DNA of 37,229 nt from a bacterium (GTDB lineage: Bacteria > JAMCPX01). The translations under genes were made by a program, and so were the position numbers. The notes below the pieces were generated by a model. That model saw only the letters and a program-made list of their open reading frames with translations. It was not told where the DNA came from and did no database searches. The stretch covers positions 1 to 37,229 of the forward strand of contig JAJYLM010000002.1 of assembly GCA_021787655.1 (NCBI GenBank), read 5' to 3'. This document shows, in pieces, positions 1 to 6,693 of this stretch. Every line of letters begins with the position of its first letter. Positions within the stretch are counted from its first letter, which is position 1.

Positions 1-228
1 GGACTGAATGTCGATGTTGCTGATTTCTCAGGTGTTCCAGAGCCCTCATCCGGCGTAACAAAACCCGCCGGCGATGCGGGGCTCGGGTTCAACGTAGGGG
101 CAGGCATCGACCTGATGGCCACATCCACATTCTTCTTCGGTCCGGTTATCAAGTACGAAGGGATTATCCTCCAGAAAACCTACCTCAGCCTCATAACCTT
201 TCAGCTCTCGCTGGGATTTCTGTTTTAA
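1..228 (+). CDS. C-terminal fragment (75 aa) of an outer-membrane beta-barrel protein; the 5' end lies outside the window
   Basis: Frame +1 is open from base 1 to TAA at 226-228. It is absent from the ORF track because it has no start codon. The translation ...GLGFNVGAGIDLMATSTFFFGPVIKYEGIILQKTYLSLITFQLSLGFLF* shows alternating hydrophobic beta-strand periodicity and a terminal Phe, which is the OMP beta-signal. The track ORF 46..261(-) on the opposite strand has no such features. Confidence 0.6.
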   Translation, partial: GLNVDVADFSGVPEPSSGVTKPAGDAGLGFNVGAGIDLMATSTFFFGPVIKYEGIILQKTYLSLITFQLSLGFLF

Positions 229-451
229 TCCGGTCAGGTGTTCAGGCCAATCCATAGGCAAATGCTGTTGAGCAGTTTTTGTACCAGTACGAGGTTTAAT
301 TCGCTATAAATATCAATACGTTACTACCCATTTTGCGTTTGCCTCCAAGGCATTACCGCAATCACGAAGTGCCTGCAGTCTTTCCCTGTTTTATTTGCTT
401 GATTACTTCAAAAACAGACTCTAAGTTATGTATGGAATGAAGGAGGTTACC

Positions 452-1078
452 ATGAAGACGACGAAGTTTTTGTCTTTTGCGGCGATCTTTCTGACGTTCG
501 CAGTTGTTGTTGCATGCCACCCTGCAGCAGCGTTCCCTTTGAAAGAGGAACTGCCGATCATAGAACTACCTGACTACGAGATCATCCCGCTGCCCGCATA
601 TACCATGATTCAGGGATATGAAGGGCTTGCAGAAACTCAATCATCAACAAGCACCGACCTGTCTGCGCGTACCCTGGCAGAAGAACAACGCGTACAAACA
701 CCGATAACTGCTGCCGGGGAAGTTATGAAGCCGGCAGAACAAAAACCGGAAATTTCGCCGGATGCTGAATCTGTTGTTGTTTCAACTGTGGGACCCGAAG
801 AAGAAGCTCAGGAAGAGTTGTCCGGTGCACTGGAGCCCGCTGAAGAAGAGCAACTCGAGGTTATAGCCCGGGAGCCGGAAGCAGCTGCGCCAGCAACTGC
901 TCCGTCGATGACTCAACAGACCGTATCTCCATCGGCAGGTCTTGCGGAAACGCCGGAAACACCAGCCACAGCAACAACAGGCAAGATGAGTACGTCCGAC
1001 ATACTGCTCATACTTGCAGTTGCCGCTGTTGTTATAGTGGTCGTCCTTGCCTCTGTTTCCAGGAAGAAGAAAGCATAG
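452..1078 (+). CDS. Hypothetical envelope protein with an N-terminal signal/lipobox-like sequence, an acidic Pro/Glu/Ala/Thr-rich low-complexity body, and a C-terminal TM helix plus basic tail
   Basis: AGGAGG at 441-446 lies 5 nt before ATG 452; the track start at 428 is upstream of this SD. The N-terminus is MKTTKFLSFAAIFLTFAVVVAC (h-region ending in a VVAC lipobox-like motif). The body is rich in E/P/A/T. The C-terminus is ILLILAVAAVVIVVVLASVSRKKKA. Confidence 0.75.
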   Translation: MKTTKFLSFAAIFLTFAVVVACHPAAAFPLKEELPIIELPDYEIIPLPAYTMIQGYEGLAETQSSTSTDLSARTLAEEQRVQTPITAAGEVMKPAEQKPEISPDAESVVVSTVGPEEEAQEELSGALEPAEEEQLEVIAREPEAAAPATAPSMTQQTVSPSAGLAETPETPATATTGKMSTSDILLILAVAAVVIVVVLASVSRKKKA

Positions 1079-1121
1079 CAGGCACGGCACGATCTATCTC
1101 TAACTGCGGCGTGCGAATGTC

Positions 1122-1168
1122 CCACACAGGCAGGGGATGGTAAGCCACACTGTCTGTGTGCGTTTTTT
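1122..1168 (+). terminator. Rho-independent terminator downstream of the 452..1078 gene
   Basis: CACACAGGCAG (1122-1132) pairs with CTGTCTGTGTG (1150-1160), giving an 11-bp stem with one mismatch. A TTTTTT tract follows at 1163-1168. Confidence 0.7.
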
Positions 1169-1482
1169 CCGGGACCCGAAAAAACCAGGAGATGCTCAGG
1201 GCAGGCTGACCTGTCAGGCGCAGTGCCCGAGACCGTCACCGGGCAGTGACCCTTGACCATGGCCATGACAAAGAGGCCTGCTACCGCAAGGTTGCAAAAT
1301 CACTGTATTCCTGCAACAAGAACTATCATATCTTTATCTACGGATGCGGTCTGTGGTCTGTCGGTGTCCCCTGTGAATCCGGCATTCCGGTTAAAAAAAG
1401 CCTGCACAAAATGCCTGTCACATCCCGTATTTTTTAATCATCTCCTTTCCTCTGCCTCGTGTCCGCTTCCATAGGTTACCCG

Positions 1483-1498
1483 TTGATTTAATAATCAA
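1483..1498. promoter_or_regulatory. Perfect palindrome TTGATT-TAAT-AATCAA, a candidate Crp/Fnr-type operator upstream of the DUF35/thiolase operon
   Basis: Read directly: TTGATT at 1483-1488, TAAT at 1489-1492, AATCAA at 1493-1498. The half-sites resemble the FNR box TTGAT/ATCAA, but the spacing is N6 rather than N4 when written as TTGAT-N6-ATCAA. Confidence 0.4.
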
Positions 1499-1513
1499 AT
1501 TTCTTGCATTGCG

Positions 1514-1522
1514 TGTTAAAAT
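1514..1522 (+). promoter_or_regulatory. Possible extended -10 promoter element (TGtTAAAAT) for the DUF35/thiolase operon
   Basis: TG at 1514-1515, one base, then TAAAAT at 1517-1522, which is 19 nt upstream of the AGGAGG at 1541. There is no good -35. The palindrome at 1483-1498 occupies that position. Confidence 0.3.
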
Positions 1523-1551
1523 TATGTATGTCCCTAAAAAAGGAGGTCTCT

Positions 1552-2001
1552 ATGCCGGGTGATATCGTTCGGGCTTCGGTCCCGATTACGTTTACGTACA
1601 AGAACAGGGTCGGTCACGCACTGGAACAGTACCTCAACGGGTTCAAGGAGAAAAAGATACTGGGCGTCAAATGCCCGGCCTGCAAGCGGGTCTACGTACC
1701 ACCGCGCACGGTCTGCAGTTCCTGCCACAAACCCATCGACACGATGGTGGAAGTCGGTCAAACAGGCGTCCTGAAGCACTTCACTATTGCGCACGTCAAT
1801 ATCGTCAACGGAGAAATCCTCGATGCACAGCAGCCCTACATCATCGGCCTTATCAAACTCACCGGGGCCTCAAGCCTCGTTTCCGCCATCGTCAAGGCGC
1901 CGTCGCAGGGCACGATAAAAACTGGCATGAAGGTAAAAGCCGTGTGGAAAGAGACAGCGCAGGGAGACTACGGCGACCTGACATACTTCGAACCTGCCTG
2001 A
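1552..2001 (+). CDS. DUF35-family Zn-ribbon/OB-fold protein (thiolase-associated subunit)
   Basis: AGGAGG at 1541-1546 lies 5 nt before ATG 1552. There is a CxxC...CxxC zinc ribbon (CPACKRVYVPPRTVCSSC) followed by an OB-fold-like C-terminus (GMKVKAVWKE...YFEP), typical of DUF35 proteins such as BbsA/PhlB. Confidence 0.8.
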   Translation: MPGDIVRASVPITFTYKNRVGHALEQYLNGFKEKKILGVKCPACKRVYVPPRTVCSSCHKPIDTMVEVGQTGVLKHFTIAHVNIVNGEILDAQQPYIIGLIKLTGASSLVSAIVKAPSQGTIKTGMKVKAVWKETAQGDYGDLTYFEPA

Positions 2002-2058
2002 CACAAGCGTGTTTGAACGGTTAAGCCCGCTCGGGCGATTTTTATAAAGGAGGCATGT

Positions 2059-3207
2059 ATGAACGAGAGAGTCGCAGTAGTCGGTTATAAACAAACGAAA
2101 CATACCATCGACAGCCCGGTAGCACGGGAACGGATGGTCTATGAGCTCGTCAAATCATTGTATCACGACATGGGCATTACCAAGGACGATATCGACACCT
2201 TCGTGCTCGCGAGCAATGATTTCACGGACGGCAGAACCATTTCCGAGGTATTCACCGTACCGCGCATCGGCGCCTATATGAAAGACGAGACCAAGGTGGA
2301 GGCAGACGGCCTCAACGCAGCGCTGTACGCATACATGCGTATACTCACGGGGCTGTATAACACCGCACTCGTCATCGGGTTCAGTATGGCAGGTTCTGAA
2401 TTCAGGGTACCCCTGACGCAGTCGTACACCATGGATCCGGCCTACGAGCGGCCGCGCGGCATCATCAACTTCTACTCGACCGCTGCACTGCAGGCAGGCG
2501 CGTACATGAAAAAGTACAAGTTTACGGACGAGGACCTCGCGCAGCTGACCCTGAAAAACATCAGGAACGCGAACAACAATCCCTTCGCTGCACGCAAGGA
2601 CCCCGGCGCTTCGGTCGAAAAGATCCTCGGTTCCAGGCCCCTGTACCTGCCCCTCAGGGAGGCGCACGTATCCACCTACGCCGATGGCGCATGTGCGGTC
2701 GTGCTCTCCTCGAAAAAGACGGCAAAAAAGTTCACGGACAAGCCCGTCTGGATAGACGGGGTCGGCCACTTCATGGACACGTACTATGTCGGTGACCGGG
2801 ACCTGCTTGCGATGGAGCACCTGACTGCAGCCGCAAAGAAGGCATACAAGATGGCCGGGATCAAGAATCCGAAGAAGGAAATTGATCTTGCGGAGATCCA
2901 TACGAACTTCGCATCAGAAGAGCCCGTGCTCACAGAGGCACTGGGACTGTTCAAGCCGGGCAGCGGTAAGGACGTCGTGAAGAGCGGTGCAAGCGCTATC
3001 ACCGGTACACTGCCGGTCAACCCCTCGGGCGGACCGCTCGGTGCCAACCCTGTCAATGCGACCGGCCTGATACGGCTCGCCGAAGCAAGCGCACAGCTCA
3101 GGAAAGAAGCCGGACAAAACCAGATCAAGGGTGCCAAGACTGCCGTTGTCCATGCACAGGACGGACCGGGTGCCCAGTTAAATACTGTGTTTATCGTAAG
3201 GAGGTAA
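2059..3207 (+). CDS. Thiolase-fold (SCP-x/Ltp-like) protein, apparently lacking the nucleophilic Cys
   Basis: AAGGAGG at 2047-2053. Thiolase-like landmarks are MNERVAVVGYKQTKH, ADGACAVVL and VNPSGGPLGANPVNATG. The whole protein contains a single Cys, in DGACAVV. At the expected nucleophile position the sequence reads KVEADGLNAALYAY. Confidence 0.75.
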   Translation: MNERVAVVGYKQTKHTIDSPVARERMVYELVKSLYHDMGITKDDIDTFVLASNDFTDGRTISEVFTVPRIGAYMKDETKVEADGLNAALYAYMRILTGLYNTALVIGFSMAGSEFRVPLTQSYTMDPAYERPRGIINFYSTAALQAGAYMKKYKFTDEDLAQLTLKNIRNANNNPFAARKDPGASVEKILGSRPLYLPLREAHVSTYADGACAVVLSSKKTAKKFTDKPVWIDGVGHFMDTYYVGDRDLLAMEHLTAAAKKAYKMAGIKNPKKEIDLAEIHTNFASEEPVLTEALGLFKPGSGKDVVKSGASAITGTLPVNPSGGPLGANPVNATGLIRLAEASAQLRKEAGQNQIKGAKTAVVHAQDGPGAQLNTVFIVRR

Positions 3208-3209
3208 TC

Positions 3210-4457
3210 ATGGGACGAAACGTTGCAATTATCAGCGTCGGCTATAACGGCAGGTTCATCAGCAAACGGCCGGACATCAACATACCGGAGCTTATACAGC
3301 CGGCAGTCAATAACGCACTTGGCAAGACAAAGCTTAAGCCCGAACATATCGACGCCTATGTTGTCGGCAACATGCACACGTTCGAAGGTGTGAACCAGCC
3401 GCACCTGTGGGCGAGCGATCACTTCAATGGTTCCGGAAAGCCCGTGATGCGGATCGCGACTGGCGGGACGACCGGGGCATCGGTTTACCAGGCTGCCTAC
3501 TACCACGTTGCCTCGGGGATGTACGATGTCGTCATGGCGATAGGATGGGAAAAACAGGACGAGGGCGACTCCCAGGTCGGCCTGATGGGTATCCTGCTGC
3601 CGGAAGCGTTCTCCCTGTTTCACTTCGGTCCCGACACGTCGTCAGATCGTGGCATCGCAGGCCTCGGCGGTGGAGGATCGACCGGCGGCGCAGCATTCCA
3701 GGCAATGTCCTACCTGACCAGGGCCAACGCCGGGATCGAGCACATCGACCGGGTTGCTGCACTGATGCGGTCGAATGCAGCAAAAAATCCGTATGCACAC
3801 CTGCAGCAGCCGGGCTGTACCGAGGCGGATATTGCAGGCACACCGATCATTTCCTACCCGCTGCGCTTCGGCCACACCTGCCCTACCTCATGCGGCGCCA
3901 TAGCAATGATCCTTGTCTCCGAGGAAAAGGCGAAGAAATTCGGCCTGACGGATCGGGTTGCGTGGGTCAAGGGGCTTGGCTCGGGCACCTCGGATGCCAC
4001 GACCGGCAACCTCATCGAGGGCCAGATTACGGATCCTGCAGAGCAGCAGATCTGCAAGATCACCGCAAAGAAGGTGTACTCCATGGCGGGCATCAAAGAC
4101 CCGCGAAAGGATATCCAGGTAGCTGAGGTCTACTCCGGGTTCTCGCATCAGGACCTCATGTGGCCTGAACGGCTCGGTCTCTTCGAAGAAGGCATGGCGC
4201 CAAAAATACTCGACAAGGGCGGATACGCTATCGATGGCGAGCTGCCGATCAACCCGTCCGGCGGTGTTACGAGCACCAACGCGATCGGCGCGTCTGCAAT
4301 GGTCAGGGTCGGCGAAGCGGCACTCCAGGTCATGGGGCTTGCCGAGGGAGGGCACCAGGTAAAAAGGAAGATCGAAAACGCCGTGGCTCACGGATGGGGA
4401 GGCCTGTTCCAGTTCGTGACGATTACCGTGCTCGGGAAAACACCCGTAAAGAAATAG
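3210..4457 (+). CDS. Second thiolase-fold (SCP-x/Ltp-like) protein, also without an obvious nucleophilic Cys
   Basis: The SD AAGGAGG at 3198-3204 overlaps the stop of the previous gene, leaving a 2-nt gap. Landmarks are MGRNVAIISVGYNG, RIATGGTTGASVYQAAYYHVASGMYDVVMAIGWEK (a typical thiolase has ..ACASG.. here) and INPSGGVTSTNAIGASA. Confidence 0.75.
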   Translation: MGRNVAIISVGYNGRFISKRPDINIPELIQPAVNNALGKTKLKPEHIDAYVVGNMHTFEGVNQPHLWASDHFNGSGKPVMRIATGGTTGASVYQAAYYHVASGMYDVVMAIGWEKQDEGDSQVGLMGILLPEAFSLFHFGPDTSSDRGIAGLGGGGSTGGAAFQAMSYLTRANAGIEHIDRVAALMRSNAAKNPYAHLQQPGCTEADIAGTPIISYPLRFGHTCPTSCGAIAMILVSEEKAKKFGLTDRVAWVKGLGSGTSDATTGNLIEGQITDPAEQQICKITAKKVYSMAGIKDPRKDIQVAEVYSGFSHQDLMWPERLGLFEEGMAPKILDKGGYAIDGELPINPSGGVTSTNAIGASAMVRVGEAALQVMGLAEGGHQVKRKIENAVAHGWGGLFQFVTITVLGKTPVKK

Positions 4458-4465
4458 GAGGCATT

Positions 4466-4915
4466 ATGACGCAGGAAACACGGATCATAGAAAGTACGTG
4501 GGATCTCACAGCATACCAGTTCAAGATCGAAGCGGACGCCTTGAGCCTGTTCGTGAAGGGATTGAAAGACAGGAAGATCCTGGGAAGGAAGTGTGGTACA
4601 TGCGGCACGGTCTATGTCCCGGGACCGACCTACTGCAGAAAATGCCTTATTGATATCGACCAGGTCGTCGAGGTAAGCCAGGAAGGCAGGCTCGATGCAT
4701 TTACCGTGAGCCTCGCGGACGTGCGCGGTAAAGCCGTCGACAACCCGTTCATCAGCTGCACGGTGAAGCTCGATGGCTCGGACTCGTTCCTCATGGGGGT
4801 ACTCGAAGGCTGGACAGACTGGCGCAGCGTCAAGGAAGGCATGCGGGTCAAGGTCGTCTGGAAGGACGTCACGCAGGGAGCACTCGCCGACCTCTCGCAC
4901 TTCCAGCTGATATAA
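4466..4915 (+). CDS. Second DUF35-family Zn-ribbon/OB-fold protein
   Basis: TAGGAGG at 4455-4461 overlaps the upstream stop codon; ATG is at 4466. Zn ribbon CGTCGTVYVPGPTYCRKC, then an OB-like tail GMRVKVVWKD...HFQL. It is a paralog of 1552..2001. Confidence 0.8.
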   Translation: MTQETRIIESTWDLTAYQFKIEADALSLFVKGLKDRKILGRKCGTCGTVYVPGPTYCRKCLIDIDQVVEVSQEGRLDAFTVSLADVRGKAVDNPFISCTVKLDGSDSFLMGVLEGWTDWRSVKEGMRVKVVWKDVTQGALADLSHFQLI

Positions 4916-4937
4916 CGACAGACACTTTTCGTTTGTA

Positions 4938-4967
4938 CACGGGGGCGGTTCATGGATCGCCCCCGTG
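4938..4967 (+). other. GC-rich hairpin (10-bp perfect stem, 10-nt loop) between the DUF35 gene and the GT39 gene; no U-tract
   Basis: CACGGGGGCG (4938-4947) is the exact reverse complement of CGCCCCCGTG (4958-4967). Confidence 0.5.
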
Positions 4968-4985
4968 CTGTAGGTGGAGAAATGG

Positions 4986-6590
4986 ATGGACGGTAAACAA
5001 TACGTATGCAACAAGCTGGAGATAATGCAGGCTCCTGACTTTTTAAAATCGAGAAAAAACTCCGTTGTCGTGCTGCTCATCCTCGTGCTCGCCTGGTATC
5101 TCAGGACGAATCATCAATGGCTGCTCCCGTTCTTTTATAATGCCGACGAATACTTCGTCGTCATGCCTTCGCTGCACATCCTCCAAACCGGAAATTTAAA
5201 CCCGCAGGTGTTCAAATACGGTTCCTTTGTCTATTACCTGACTGCACTGCTGTATTGGATGTATTTCCACACCGTCAGTGCGCTCTCCGGAACGCCCTAT
5301 CCTGACCTGCTCCGGCAGCTCACCAGCACGTCCCCTGTCCTGTATACGATTGCACGATACGAGTCCTCGTTCTTCGATCTCCTGAACATCGTCATGACCT
5401 ACCGTATCAGCAGAAGCCTGTTTCACCGGGAACCCGCTGCACTTGCCGCCGCCCTGATCGTTGCCCTCAATCCCCTGCACCTGTACATGTCCCACATGGC
5501 AAAGGTCGACACAGCACTGACCTTTTTCGTTCTGCTCGCCTTCTCTTTCGCCCTGCGGATCGCGGACCAGGGGAGGAGACGGGATATGGTCCTGGCGGGC
5601 ATCTGTGCAGGGCTTGCCATGGCGACCAAGTACGACGTTCTCGCACTGCTGCCCCCTCTTGCCGCTGTGTTTGTGTACCGGAGCAAACACCCGGGAACGC
5701 ACCGGCCTGGCGTGGCCGTACTGATCGTTGCTATCGCCGCAGTCGTTTTTTTCCTGGCTTCACCGTATACCGTGCTGGACCTCCGCGGTTTTCTTGCGGA
5801 CTTCAGTGCCGAGTCTGCACAGCAGGGATTGTCCCTGTCAACGCTGGGCTGGCTGCACACGAGGTTCGTTTATCAGGTCCTCATCCAGCTGCCCTTCTGT
5901 CTGTCCATCAGCGTCTTTTTGTTCTTTATCGCCGGCGTTGCGGGATACCGCAGGTTCATGGACAACAGGACCTTTGTCCTCTTTCTCTCGTATCCGGCGG
6001 TTTATTTCATCGCTGCAACCGCGTCGTCAGCATCCATATCGCAGGTCATCTTTTCCCACCTGTACCTGACCATGATGCCCTTCATGATCATGCTTGCTGC
6101 TGCGGCTGCCCTCTCTGTCCTTTCCGGGATCCCGACCCGGTTCCTGAAGTACGGTGCTGCGGCACTCCTGCTGTTTGACATCGTGATCGCCTCTGCCAAT
6201 TTCCAGAACATGCTGTCAACATACCGTGAGGCAGGCGCATGGCTTGCGTCCATCCGTCCTTCAGGGGTAGTCAGATTGTCGTCCGTAACGCCCTTTACGC
6301 TGTACCTGGGGGAAAATTACGAGACACAGATGATAGAGCCGTCACCACTGCTGCTCGAACAGGTACGGACATTCAATCCGCGTCTGATCCTTGTCTCGGA
6401 AGGATGGTATACAACGTACTTTTACCGGCGGGAGCGTTACTATAACCGGCACATAGACCGTCTGTTGTCGGACAGAGGATACCAAACGATCAAAACGTTC
6501 AGGCCGTCATCACCCTATATCGACCTGTTCGGCCATTTCGACAAAGCACTCAATATCGGGACTATCCGTATATTTGAAAAAGACACGTAA
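4986..6590 (+). CDS. GT-C fold glycosyltransferase, family 39 / ArnT-PMT-like polytopic membrane protein
   Basis: Many TM helices. The first-loop acidic motif is FFYNADEYF. YRISRSLF...ALNPLHLYMSHMAKVDTA and GLAMATKY resemble PMT_2/ArnT-type enzymes. ATG 4986 is preceded by GGTGGAG at 4973-4979. Alternative starts are GTG 4974 and ATG 5025. Confidence 0.65.
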   Translation: MDGKQYVCNKLEIMQAPDFLKSRKNSVVVLLILVLAWYLRTNHQWLLPFFYNADEYFVVMPSLHILQTGNLNPQVFKYGSFVYYLTALLYWMYFHTVSALSGTPYPDLLRQLTSTSPVLYTIARYESSFFDLLNIVMTYRISRSLFHREPAALAAALIVALNPLHLYMSHMAKVDTALTFFVLLAFSFALRIADQGRRRDMVLAGICAGLAMATKYDVLALLPPLAAVFVYRSKHPGTHRPGVAVLIVAIAAVVFFLASPYTVLDLRGFLADFSAESAQQGLSLSTLGWLHTRFVYQVLIQLPFCLSISVFLFFIAGVAGYRRFMDNRTFVLFLSYPAVYFIAATASSASISQVIFSHLYLTMMPFMIMLAAAAALSVLSGIPTRFLKYGAAALLLFDIVIASANFQNMLSTYREAGAWLASIRPSGVVRLSSVTPFTLYLGENYETQMIEPSPLLLEQVRTFNPRLILVSEGWYTTYFYRRERYYNRHIDRLLSDRGYQTIKTFRPSSPYIDLFGHFDKALNIGTIRIFEKDT

Positions 6591-6693
6591 CCCGGAACAT
6601 CCATGTATAGAAGCACCACAGCAGATCCCTCCCCGACGGGGATGGCGGGGTTAGGATAAAATCGGCAAGAACAACATCACCCCTCCCGATGGT

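Noticed and set aside
46-261. Track ORF of 71 aa on the minus strand at the left edge
   Set aside because: It has no SD, and the protein is Cys/Glu-rich with no recognisable features. The opposite strand (frame +1, 1..228) gives a convincing OMP C-terminus ending in Phe, so the minus-strand ORF is taken as a shadow frame.
1246-1474. Two overlapping small ORFs (63 and 73 aa) in the 470-bp spacer upstream of the DUF35 gene
   Set aside because: There is no SD. The two mutually overlapping frames have Cys/Ser/Thr-rich, non-protein-like sequences. The region is better explained as terminator plus promoter/leader. I also looked for riboswitch-like conserved cores here and recognised none.
2155-5080. 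Several 60-280-aa minus-strand ORFs (2155..2901, 2784..3623, 3888..4391, 4388..5080) across the thiolase/DUF35 operon
   Set aside because: All overlap plus-strand genes that have perfect SDs and family motifs. Their translations are Arg/Pro/Gly-rich with no recognisable domain.
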